DNA of 64,000 nucleotides from a virus. Its lineage: Duplodnaviria; Caudoviricetes. The stretch lies in IMG/VR virus record IMGVR_UViG_2933348407_000001, positions 32,001 to 96,000 of that record; one strand, given 5' to 3'. The notes under the pieces are model-generated. The model had not been told where the DNA came from. It was given only the letters and a program-made list of their open reading frames with translations, and did not search any database. Below are positions 18,813 through 30,800 of this stretch, piece after piece. Numbering within the stretch: the stretch's first letter is position 1; every line of letters starts with the position of its first letter. Position numbers and translations under genes: made by a program.

Positions 18813-21800
18813 ATGCTGAATCGCCCCACTGCACAGGCTGAGTCGCAGGACCTGAGTCGCGACCTCGAGGTCAAGGTCACGCGCCGGCCGTGGAACCCTG
18901 CCCTGCACCCCCGGGACAGCAAGGGCCGCTTCATCGAGACCGGCGGCGTGGTGAGGACCTGGGGCGGCAAGCTCGCCCGCGTCATCCGCGCGCTCCCCCA
19001 CGACCGCATCCTCGTCCAGGACCAGACCGGCCCGAACGAGTTCAACGGCCGCAGGCACACCACCAGCGCCAAGTGGGTCAGCATGGTCGCGCGCCCCGAC
19101 GGCAGCGCGCCCACCGACGACGAAGAGAAGGTCGCCGAAGAGGACGAGCGGCGCACCCAGGACCCGCGCCGCGGCAACGGCGTAGCCCGCGACGACGACG
19201 GCGACCCGGATACCCCGAACGAGCCTCACGACCAGGACGACAAGGGCCGCCCGATCGGCGACGACGACGGCGACGGCCCGGACAACGATGACGACCAGGA
19301 CGAGCCCGAGGACGGCGCCCATCCGGTCAACGTCGATGCCCTCCCGAACCGGCAGCACGCGGCCGGGGCCCGGCATAAGGACACCGCCGCCGTCCGTCGT
19401 CACTTCACGCAGCTCGCCGAGCAGCCCGGCACGAGCCCCGACATGGCCACGTTCCTGCTCTCGGTGGCCCACGACGACGACCTGCAGACCGCCCCGTCCG
19501 GCCGCCTCGCGATCCTCCGCGACGAGAGGAACGGCCGCTTCTACCTCACGGCAACCGGCACCGGACAGCGCGTCGATGCCGCCGGCGACTTCGACACCGC
19601 TCAGGACGCCGAACGATTCGCCGAACACCTCGACAAGACCGCCGTCAACGGTCAGCTCACCAAGTTCCAGCAGCCGTTCGACTTCTCCGACCCGCAACTG
19701 GACCGGGAGGCCCGCGACTGGCGCACCACCAGGGGAGAGAACATCCAGGGCGCCATCCAGCGGGCCCGAACAGAGTTCGCCGGCACCCCGGCGCCCACGG
19801 CTACGCCGAAGACCTCCGCGGACAACCGGACCGACGGCAGCGGCCAGCGCTTCAGCACTCTCCAGGCCGCTCGCGCCCACTGGCAGCAGCGCCTCGGCCA
19901 GATCAACGACCTTGGCCCGGACAGCCTTCGAGAGCAGCGAGCCGCGCGACACCTCGAAGGACTGATCAGCAACGACCGGATCAAGCTCGTCGGCCGCGGC
20001 CAGTTCGTCGTCGGCCAGGACCAGAACGGCGAGTGGTACCTGGTCGCAACTGGCAACGGCCTGCCCCTCCGCCGTCGGTGGACCTCCCAGCGCGGCGCAC
20101 AGGCATTCGCCGAGTCCTTCGCCGAGAACCCGCCCATGGGAGACGACGGCAAGCCGCTGGACCTGTCGGACCCCAACGTCCGCATCGCAACCTGGCGTTC
20201 CGAGGACAACCGGTCGATCAGTGAGGTCATCGACGCGGCCGCCGAGAAGTTCCAGCGCGAGAACGCCGCAGGGGAACCACCAGCCGTCACCCCGGCGCCG
20301 GCCGCCGTTCCAGAGACGCCCGCCGCTCCGCAGGCGCCGGAGACCCCGGAGGAGCCGCAGGCGCCCGCGCTGCCGGGCAACGCCGAGCCCGTCGAGGGCG
20401 TCGACGGCTACCACTACGTCAACGATGGCGGATCAATCACCCTGTACGGCCCGGACGGACAGGTCGCCGCGACGAGCGAGCGCGGCTACCCGCCGCAGGC
20501 CAAGATCGACGGCGTCACCGTGCCCGTCCCGCAGTACCCGAAGCAGGGCGCCGCGGTGATGGCCCGCCTGCACCGCGCTGCGAAGAACCCGGACCAGCGT
20601 GACCGGATCACTGCGGCGTGGGTCATGAAGCCCGGCAAGGACGGCAAGCCCGCCAAGCGGGTCATGGTCTTCCGGGGCACCATCAAGGGCGACGATCGGG
20701 ACTACGACGCCGTGGGCTCCACCCGCGCCATCAAGTGGGCCCCATCCCTGCGCGCCTACTCGACCCAGTCGAACATGACCGAGGCCACGCGCGATGAGCG
20801 GATCTCGGAGGTCCTGTCCAACCTCGCCCGTCAGGGCCGCAACGTCCACGTCACCGACGAGACCGCTGCCGGCGCCCCGGGCGCCCCGGCCAACGCCGTC
20901 GACGAAACCGAGGCCCTGCGCAAGGCCATCGCCAACGCGGATGACGCCCGCCTGTCGCAGATGAAGTACGAGCGGTGGGGAACGATCAACCGCACCCGCT
21001 CCGAAGCCAACCGCCGACGCCTCAACTCCGAAGTCGAGATGATCGACGACGAGTTGAAGCGCCGGCGCAAGGAGCGGGACGAGGCCGCCGCCCGAGACGC
21101 CACGTCGCTCAGCGACGACGACATCGCCAACCGCATCCGCGAGTCGCAGGAGGAACGCGGAACCTACGGCGTTCGCAAGGGCCAGGAGGCCAACGACGTT
21201 GAGCGGGCCATTTACAGCGAGCGCCGCCGCCGCTCGCAGGCCCTCGTCGACGACGACACCGACCTGACCACGGCCGCCGAGGACGACCTGGCCAAGGCCC
21301 GCGAGACCGTCGCCGAACGCGTCCGCATGCACCAGGCCGCCGGCGACGACCCCGAGGCCGAGCGCACCATGCGCCAGGCCCTGCAGAACCGGCACGACGT
21401 CATCGTCGGCGAGCAGCAACGCCGCCACGCCCAGCAGATCGCCGACCGACCGCCGGTCGTCGACCTCACCGACGAGGAACTGTCGCAGGAGTACAACGAC
21501 TTGCTCCGGCGCGACTTCCGGAAGGCCCCGCCGGAGGCCCAGCAGGTCCTCGAGGGCCGCATGGAGGACGTCAAGCGGGAGCGCCGCGACCGGGAAAAGC
21601 GGGCCATCACCGACCGCGATGCCCCCGAGAACCTGAGCGATGAGGACCTGAAGGAGGAGTACACCGAGCTTCGCCGTACCCGCTCCTCGTACACCGGGAC
21701 CGACGACGTCAAGGCGGCCCGCAAGGAACGTATGGCCGCGCTGGAGGCCGAGCAGAACCGCCGCGACACCACGCCGGAGACTGAGCAGCTCCTCGCCCGC

Positions 21801-24800
21801 GTCGACAACCCCGACGCCAACGGCATGATCAGCATCGACGGCCGCAGCGGGTACGGCTACGTCGACTACCGGGATCAGACGCACGGGTACGCGGGCCGTC
21901 AGCTCGGATGGACCTGGGGCAAGCAGAGACACAGCCACGGAGACACGGCGTACCCGTCTCGTGCCGCGGCCCTGGCCGCGATGGTTCAGGCGTACGACAA
22001 CGACCCCGACACCCGCGGTGAGCGGACCTGGGGCACCAAGCGCCGCGTATTCGTGCCGAAGATGTTCGTCGAGCTGTACCAGAACGAGCGTCTTCGCGAC
22101 CGGCTCGCCGACGCCAGCGAGGAGCGGCAGTTCCTCTACAGCCTGTTCCGGGACCGGTACGGCTGGGACGACGGCGTGAACCCCCTGGTGCCCAGTAACA
22201 AAAAGGGCCACAACATAAAGGGCCGGAACCTGTGGGTGCCCGAAGGCCTCCTCGCCGAGCTGAACCGGGTGACGGAGGAGCTGTCACGGGACATGTCCGT
22301 GCGGGCCACGGACCGGGACGCGGACAGTTCCGACCGACAGAAGGCCAAGACCCGGCTCGCTTCCATCAACGTGGCTCTGCACGGCATTGAGGCGCAGCGC
22401 GAGTCAGTCCGCAAGAATGGCGGGGACGACGACCGGAAGGTCATCTCCCGCGAGGAGATCGAGGCACAGCAGGCCGCGCTCCGTGCAGCGCTGGGAGGCG
22501 ACGATGACGAACATGTTCAGTCCGATGGTCCGGGATCACTGGAGGACGTACCTGCCCAAGGAGTGGGCGGCGATGACCGATCCGGAGGCGTTCGTCGAGA
22601 CGAAGGCCAGGGAGATCGAGACTCAGATTCTGAAGGCCGAGGAGGCTCTGGAGCAGACAGTTCCGGAGCCGACGGAGTACGAGGAGCAGGTCGGCCGGCA
22701 CAAGCAGATCAGGGCGGACGCAACAGCGATGGTCCTGGCGGAGCTTCTGCCGGAGCCGGAGCCCGGGGCGGAGAAGGCGCCGGAGCAGACGCCAATGGAG
22801 AAGCACCTGCAGGAGATCAGGGACCTGATGTACGACGCGTAGCGCGGTTCCGGCCGGACCCGGCCAACGCGCCCAAGGGCGCCCGCGCGCGTGCGACGGC
22901 CAACGTCGAGGCCATTCGCGTCCTCAAGAAGCTGGAGGCAGAGAACCGGCCGGCCACCGACGAGGAGCGCCGTATCCTCGCCCGCTGGTCCGGCTGGGGA
23001 TCGGTGCCGATCCTCTTCGCCAACGAGCCGAACGAGAAGGAGCCCCGCTACCAGCAGGGCGGTACCCGGTACGGCAAGTTCGCCAAGGACCACGAGCGGT
23101 GGTCCGAGTACAGCGACGTCCGCAGCGAGCTGCAGCGCGTGCTCACGCCGGTGGAGTTCCGGCAGGCATCCCGCGGCGTGCTGTCCATGCACTACACGCC
23201 GCAGCCCATCGCCGAGGCGATGTGGGAGGGCCTTCGGGCGTTCGGCTTTGACCGCGGTGACGTCCTCGAAGCCGGTTCCGGCGCGGGCACGTTCTTCGGC
23301 GTCGCTCCGAACGGTGCCCGTCTGACCGGTGTCGAGCTGGACCCGACCACGGCCCGGATCGCCCAGGCGATCTACCCGCACGCCAATGTCCTGAACGAGT
23401 CCTTCGCGGAGACCGACGTCGGTCCCGGCACCTTTGACGCCGCGATCGGCAACGTCCCCTTCGCCCGGGTCCCGTTCGATGACAAGCGGTACCCGGCGGA
23501 GAGCCTGCACAACGGCTTCGTCACCAAGGAGATCGCCCTCGTCCGGCCCGGCGGCATCACCGCCGTCATCACCTCTCGCCAGACCCTCGACTCCAAGGGC
23601 GACAGGGCCCGCCGCCAGATGGCCAAGTACGGCGACCTGGTCGGCGCCGTCCGCCTGCCCTCCGGCGTCTTCACCGACGCCGGCACCGGGGTCACCACCG
23701 ACGTCCTCGTGTTCCGTCGCCGCGAGGACGGCACCGAGCCGGCTGACCCGTCGTGGCTGGACGCCCCCGAACGGGACATCAACGGCACCGCGCACCACAT
23801 CAACGCCTACTTCGACGAGCACCCCGAGCACATCCTCGGCACGCTGACCACGCAGTCCGGCCCGTACGGGCCCGAGGTGACAGTCAAGGGCGACCCGGCC
23901 AAGGCCGCCGAGCAGCTTCGCGCCGCGCTCGACGACATCGCCGCCAAGGCGAAGGCTGACGGCCGCGGCTACGAGCCGCACCCCGACGGCGACAACCGGC
24001 CTCCGGTGCAGCTCCAGACCGCCCGGGAGAAGCACGCGAACGACTGGACGGGCCGCCTGTACGAGGGCGACGACGGCCAGTTCTACCAGCACGTCAACGG
24101 TGCTGAACCGGTCCTGCTGGAGCCGGCCGACGGCAACACCGCCCAACTTCGTGCCCTCATGCAGCTCCGCGACGTCGCCGCCGAGCTGCGCGAGCTGGAC
24201 CGGAAGAACGACGAGGAGGAGCGCGCCGAGGCCCTGCGCGCCCAACTCCGGGACCTGCACGCCGACTACGTCGCCGAGTACGGGCCCCTGTCCAAGCCGG
24301 GCCAGCACCGCACCAAGGGCGGCCGCCCCACGGCATGGGGCTACTTCCGGGCCGACCCGGACGCCGCGGCCGTCCTCGCCCTGGAACGGTGGGACGCCAG
24401 CAAGGGCGAGCCCGCCCTCTCCCGCGTCTTTACCGAGCGCGCCGCCGCTCGCCGACAGCCGCTCTCCTCGACCAACGACCCGAAGGCGGCCCTGGCCGCG
24501 GTCGTTGCTGCCAAGGGTGAAGTGGACCTCGGCGAGATTGCCCGGCTCCTCGACGTCACCCCGCAGGAGGCGGTGAAGCGCCTCGGCAACGAGGTCTTCA
24601 CCGACCCGGAGACCGGCGGCCTCGAACTGGCCGGCGCCTACCTGTCCGGCGCCGTCCGCGACAAGCTCGATGCCGCCCGCAAGGCCGCCGAGCGCGACCC
24701 GGGGTACGCGGTCAACGTAGCCGCGCTGGAGGCCGTTCAGCCGCCGGACCGCACCATCGGCCAGTTCACCCCGGAGATGGGCGCCCACTGGACGCCCCCG

Positions 24801-27800
24801 GAGCTTCTGCAGGGCTTCCTGCGCGAGTACCTGGGCGACCGCACACTCCGCGTCGCGCACGACGACCGGTACGGCTGGGTTCTCAACACCGGCCGCGTGC
24901 CCGAGGCCAACAACGTCATGTACGGCGTCCCGGCCGTCGAGCCCGACCCGGACAAGGGCATCAAGGGCAACAAGGGCAAGAACGCCGTTGAGATCGCCCG
25001 CGCGATCCTCGGCTTCGGCTCGCTGACCGTCTACGAGGACGACAAGCGCAAGGAAGTCGACGAGGCTACGTCACGTCTGATCCGGCAGAAGGCCGATCAG
25101 ATGCGGGCCGAGTTCGCCAAGTACGCCACGGCGAACGCCGAGCGGCTGAGCGTCCTCACCGACTCGTACAACCGCATCATGAACGGGCACATCGTCCGTT
25201 CGTACGAGGGCATGTCGCCCACGCTCGAGGGCTTCACCCCCGACCGCAACCCGCACGCCTGGCAGCTCGCCGGCGCGGCCCGGATGCAGTTCGAGCGGGG
25301 CGTGATCCTCGCCCACGAGGTGGGCCTCGGCAAGACGTCGACGCTCGTCATGGGCACCCAGGCTCTCAAGGCGTCCGGGCAGATCGAAAAGCCCATGGCC
25401 GTGGTGCCCAACCACGTCTCCAAGCAGTTCTACGACGAGGCCCGACTTCTCTACCCGAACGCCGACATCCACCTGATCACTTCGGCGGACCTGGCCGGCG
25501 ACCGGCGAGGCAGCACGCTGGAGTGGCTGCGCGCGAACAAGCCGGACCTGGTCATCTTCACCGAAGAGGCGTTCGGCTCGATCAAGATGAGCCCGGAGGC
25601 TCAGGACGACTACGAGTTCCGGGAGCTGGAGGCGCTGCGCGAGCAGCTTGACCGCCAGTACGAGGACGCCGACAACCCGAACCACCCGTTCATCGTCGCG
25701 AAGATCGAGCAGCGCATCGCGACGGTCAGCAAGAACATCAACAAGAACGCCGCCCCGATGCGGCGGCCGGGCGAGACGTACTGGGACGACCTCGGGTTCG
25801 ACTACTTCGTCGTCGACGAGGCCCACAGGTACAAGGGCGTCGGCTTCCGCTCCAAGGAGGGAGGCGGCGACCCCGCGTCCATCCGCGGCGTCGACCTGCA
25901 CCAGAAGACGACCGATCTGCACCGCCGCCGCCAGGGCCGGGCCACGATCACGCTCGCCACCGGTACGCCGCTGTCGAACAGCATCAGCGAGCAGTTCACC
26001 ATGCTGATGTTCGCGGCGCCGTGGGTGCTGGACGCCTACAAGGCGGGCGCTCCGGACCTGTGGGCCAACACCTTCGGCCGCAAGACCCTGCGCATCGAGA
26101 ACGCGCCCGACGGCTCCGGCCTGCGCGTCGTGGAGCGGTTCTCCGAGTTCCACAACAAGCGCGCCATGAAGACCATGTGGGGCCTGGTCGCGGACACCAA
26201 GCGCGGTGACGACGTCGGCATTCCCCGCCCGAAGCTCAAGGGCGGCAAGCCGAATCTGATCATGGTCGACGCGACGCCCGACCAGAAGAAGCGCCTCAAG
26301 GGGCTCGTCGCCCGCGGCCGCGCGATCCACAACGGTGAGGTCGACCGCCACCAGGACAACATGCTCGCGGTGTCCAACGAGGGCACCAGCGTGGCCCTCG
26401 ACCCGCGGCTCATCGACGCCAAGGCCCCGGCCGGCAACAAGCTCAAGGCCGTCGCAGACCGGCACATCGAGCGCTACTTCCAGCACAAGGACCGGATCTA
26501 TCCGGTCACCCGCGACAGCCTCGTCGACCACCCCGTCCCGGGCGCCCTCCAGATGATCTTCCTGAACGAAGGCGTCCCGGGAGGCAAGAACAAGGGCAAC
26601 TTCGACGCCTACGCCGAACTCAAGCGGCTCATGGTCGCGGGCGGCATCCCCGCGCACAAGATCGCCTTCGTCCAGGACGCCAAGAAGTCCGGCAAGCCCG
26701 AGGACATGACGGAGCTGTTCCGGAAGGCCCGCGAAGGAGAAATCGCGGTCCTCATCGGCTCCAGCGCCGTCGCGGGTACGGGCATGAACGCCCAGGACCG
26801 CATGATCTCCCTCTCGCACGTCGACCTCGACTGGGGCGCCGCGCAGATGGAACAGCGCAACGGCCGCATCCTGCGCTACGGCAACCTGAACCCCGAAGTC
26901 GAGATCGACATCTACGCGACCAAGGGCTCCATGGACGGCTGGAAGGCCGGATTCGTCGCCGCCAAGGCTGAGGGCCTGGTCGACATCCAGCGGCCCGAGC
27001 CGGAAGACGGCGACTCCAGCGACGTCGTCCAGGAGATCGACGGCGCCGAGTTCGACTACGAGACGATGGAAGCCGAGATCGGCGGCAACCCCTTCATGAG
27101 CCAGCTCATGAAGGCGAAGCGCCGTCTCAAGGACCTGGAGATCGACCAGCACAACGAGGCCGCCGAGCGTATCCGCCGCGCCGAAGCCCTCGATGCGCTG
27201 CGCCAGGAAGCCCAGGCCACCCGCGACGGCATCCAGCGCCGCGAGCAGGCCCTGCCCCGCATCCAGGAGGCCGACGACCGGTTCCGCATGACCATCGGCG
27301 GCTCCCCGTATGGCGAGCGCTCCGACGCTGGCAAGGCCCTGCACCGGCAGATCACCTCCCGCCTCCTCGAGCACAATCGTGAGGGCCTGAGCGACTGGCA
27401 CGTCCTTGGCCAGTTCCGCGGCCTGGACTTCGGTGTCCGCACCGAGAAGACAGCGGACGGCAAGCTCGTCGCGCACGTCGGCTTCCCCGACCTGCGGCAC
27501 TCGGACTTTGAGCGGACCGTGGAGGACCTGCAGAAGAAGGGCGCCGGGGCGGGCATGATCACCCGCCTCGGCAACGCCCTCGACAAGGCGCCCGCGTTGC
27601 AGGAGTCGGACCAGGCCAAGGTTCCGGAACTGGACGAGCAGATAGCCCTGCTCCAGTCCGCACACGCGGCCGCGGACCTCACCCCGCAGATCGACCACGC
27701 TCGCAAGCGGTCGAACCTGCTCGAGGAGATCGTCGCCCGCGTCACCAACCTGGACGCGAAGCCGGAGATCGACCCCGACGAACTCGACAAGGAGCGGTAC

Positions 27801-30800
27801 AAGAACAAGGACGACCGCGAGAAGATCGCCAAGGGGCGGCGCGAGGAACGCGAGCCGCTGCAGGCCGCCGTCGACGAGGCCGTCGCGAACCTGCACCGCT
27901 GGGACGAAGAGAACCCGGCACCCGAACAGGACGACACGGTCCGCCTCTCCGAAGACGAGGTGCGCGAAGCCCTCGCCCGCCTCACCCCGGAGCCCAGCAC
28001 CCCCCCGAAGCCGGGCGCCCCGGAGACCAACAACCGCAGTTCCGCGGATGCCGACACCGACGTCGACGAGCCGAACCCTGACGAGACGGAGGCACCTGAC
28101 ACCACCGGATCAGGCAGCAGCGACGAGCCGCCGGCCGCCGTACCGGCCGAGGGTGACACCGACGCCCAGAACGACGGCCAGGACCAGGACGACGTCGTTC
28201 GCCTCTCCGAGGAAGAGGTGAACGACACCCTCGCCAGCATCCAGCCGGACGCCGACACGACCGGAGGCGACGAGCCGGACGAGCCGCTGCGGTACGCGTG
28301 GGACAAGCCCGAGGACTTCGTCACCCTGACCATGCCGGCTGCACTCGCCGACTTCCTCAACGTCGACGAGACCGCCGCCATGGAGGACCCCGACACCCGA
28401 AAGGCCCTCAAGGAGGCCAAGCCCGGCCGCCGCGGCACACTCCAGGTGACCGGCCCGATCGAGGTACACCGCGCCCTCCTCCAGTGGGCATGGACGCTCG
28501 AGGGCGGCGAAGGACTGGAGTCCGACCCCAGCGATGTCCGGGCCTACAAGGCGTACGCCAAGCGCATCGACGAGGCCGACGCAGACCTGCAGCGCCGTCG
28601 CGCCGAGCGGGAGGCCGCGGCCTCCGCGGACACCGACGAGAACAACACCCCGGACACGGACAACACGAACGACGGCGGCAGCGACGCGCCGCCGGCCGAC
28701 GCCCCCAGCACGGCTGAGCCGGACGGCGAGGACGACCAGGACCAGAGCACCGACGACGACACGGAGGCCAGTGACACCGTCACCCTGACTCCGGATGAGG
28801 TGTCCGACCAGCTCGACGCTGTACGCCCCGAGGGGTCCAAGGCTCCGTCCTCGATGGACGATGGCGAGATCCGCGACGAGATCGTCGACCTGATGGGCCG
28901 TGAGATGGCGGATGAGCTGTCCGGCGCGGACCGTACCCGCCTGCAGGTCCTGGAGGCGGAGGAGGCCCGCCGTGCCGGCCGGGCCCCGAAGCCGGAGCCC
29001 AAGCCGAAGCGGACGACCGAGGAGCCCGGGGGACTCTTCGACGTCGACCAGCCCACCACCCAGCAGCCGAGCAGCGCCGCCGATGTCGACAACCCTGAGG
29101 ACCAGCCCGACGACCTCTTCGGCACGCCGGACATGATCGCCGACGCCGAGGGCCGCAGCACCGAGGGCCTGCGCCCGGCGCGCATGCGCAACGCCGCCGA
29201 CTTGGAGCAGGGCGACCGGTACACCGACGCAGACGGCCGCACGCACACCGTGTCCGAACCGCCGGTCAAGACGCCTCGTGGCCGGACTCGCATCGTCACC
29301 GACGACGGCGAGGAGCGCTTCTACAACGCCGACGCCCAGGTGCGCCTGCGCTACCCGGACGAGGAGATCCCCGACAACGAGACCGACGAGCGGTCCGCCG
29401 ACGACGATGCGGACAACGTCCCGGCCGTCGACGAACCGGAGACCTCCGAGCCGGACGTCGACGGGACTCCCGCCGACGAGCCGGAGTTCACCCCCGACAG
29501 CTACCGCAGCAGCGCCAAGGACCGCGCCGACCGCATGACCGGCCTCATCGACCAGGCCACCGACGGGGCAGGCGGTGACGAGCTGCCCGAGGTCAGCGAG
29601 GTCCGTGATGCGTTGGGCAGGGCCGAGGACTCCGACGACCCGGACGCCGAGCTGCGTTCCGCCGCCGACCGGCTCGACGACCTCGCAGAGATGTATGAGC
29701 TGGGAGGCCCCGACGGAGAGCGCGCCGCAGACCTGTTCCGGCAGGCCGCCCGCATCGCGAGGGGTGAGGACGAGGACGATCGCCGCGGCGACGACGACCG
29801 CAACGAGGACGACAGCGAAGCCCCCGACGCTACGAACCAGGACTCCGAGGAGGACCAGGACGACGACGAGGAACGCCAGCAGCGTCGGAATGGGGACGCG
29901 GACAGCGACGCCGCCGACCCGGACGGTGCCCCCGACGGAGGCGGCGCTGGCACCCCGGCCGCTCCCACCGACGAGGAGGACGAGGACGGCAGCCCCGACG
30001 ATGTGCCCGACAACTCCGACGACGAGCAGGACGAGCCGGAGGCCGAGGAAGACGACGAGCAGGACGACCGTCGCCGACGTCGCCGTCGGCGTCGCCGCAA
30101 CGGCGGTGGCGGCAGCGGCGGCCCCAGCGGGCCCGGCCTGCCGCACCTGAACCTGCCCGACCTCAACACGCCGGACACCGGAGGCGCCGACGGCAACGGG
30201 GATGGCGGAGACGGCCGCGGTACGCGCGACCGCGGGCGGACCCCTGTACGGCACAGCGACGTCAATTCGCTGCGCCGCGCCTGGAAGAACGGCGATGGGC
30301 TCACTCCTGCCGAGGACACTCCGCAGCGGCGCGAGGCCCTGGCACAGGCGGCCGACCGGGACGGCTTGGCTCTGTCTCCGGGCGGGGGCCTGGTGACGTG
30401 GCCCGAACAGCAGGAAGACGGCACCACCCTGTGGCGCTTCGCCCAGGCACGCAACGGCGCCAACCTGACCGGACTGTCCCTGACCACCGAAGACCCCGAA
30501 GAGGCCCGCGCGCTCGCAGGCCGCTTCGAGGAGATCACCGGTCGCGACGGGCAGCCCTTCGACTGGCAGCAGGCGTGGGGCCCGAGCACCGTCGGGCAGT
30601 GGCGCGACGGGGAGGGCCGCAACCTGCAGCGGGCGCTCCAGGCCGTCCTCGACGACTTCGAGCAGCAGCGGGACGCCTCCGCCCAGCCGGAGCCGACGCC
30701 AGAACGGAGGGCGCTGCCAGACGACCTCACCGGCCTCGACGACGACGAGCTGGTCGACGCGTGGAGCAACGACCTCAGCGACGAGGACCAGAAGCGCCTC

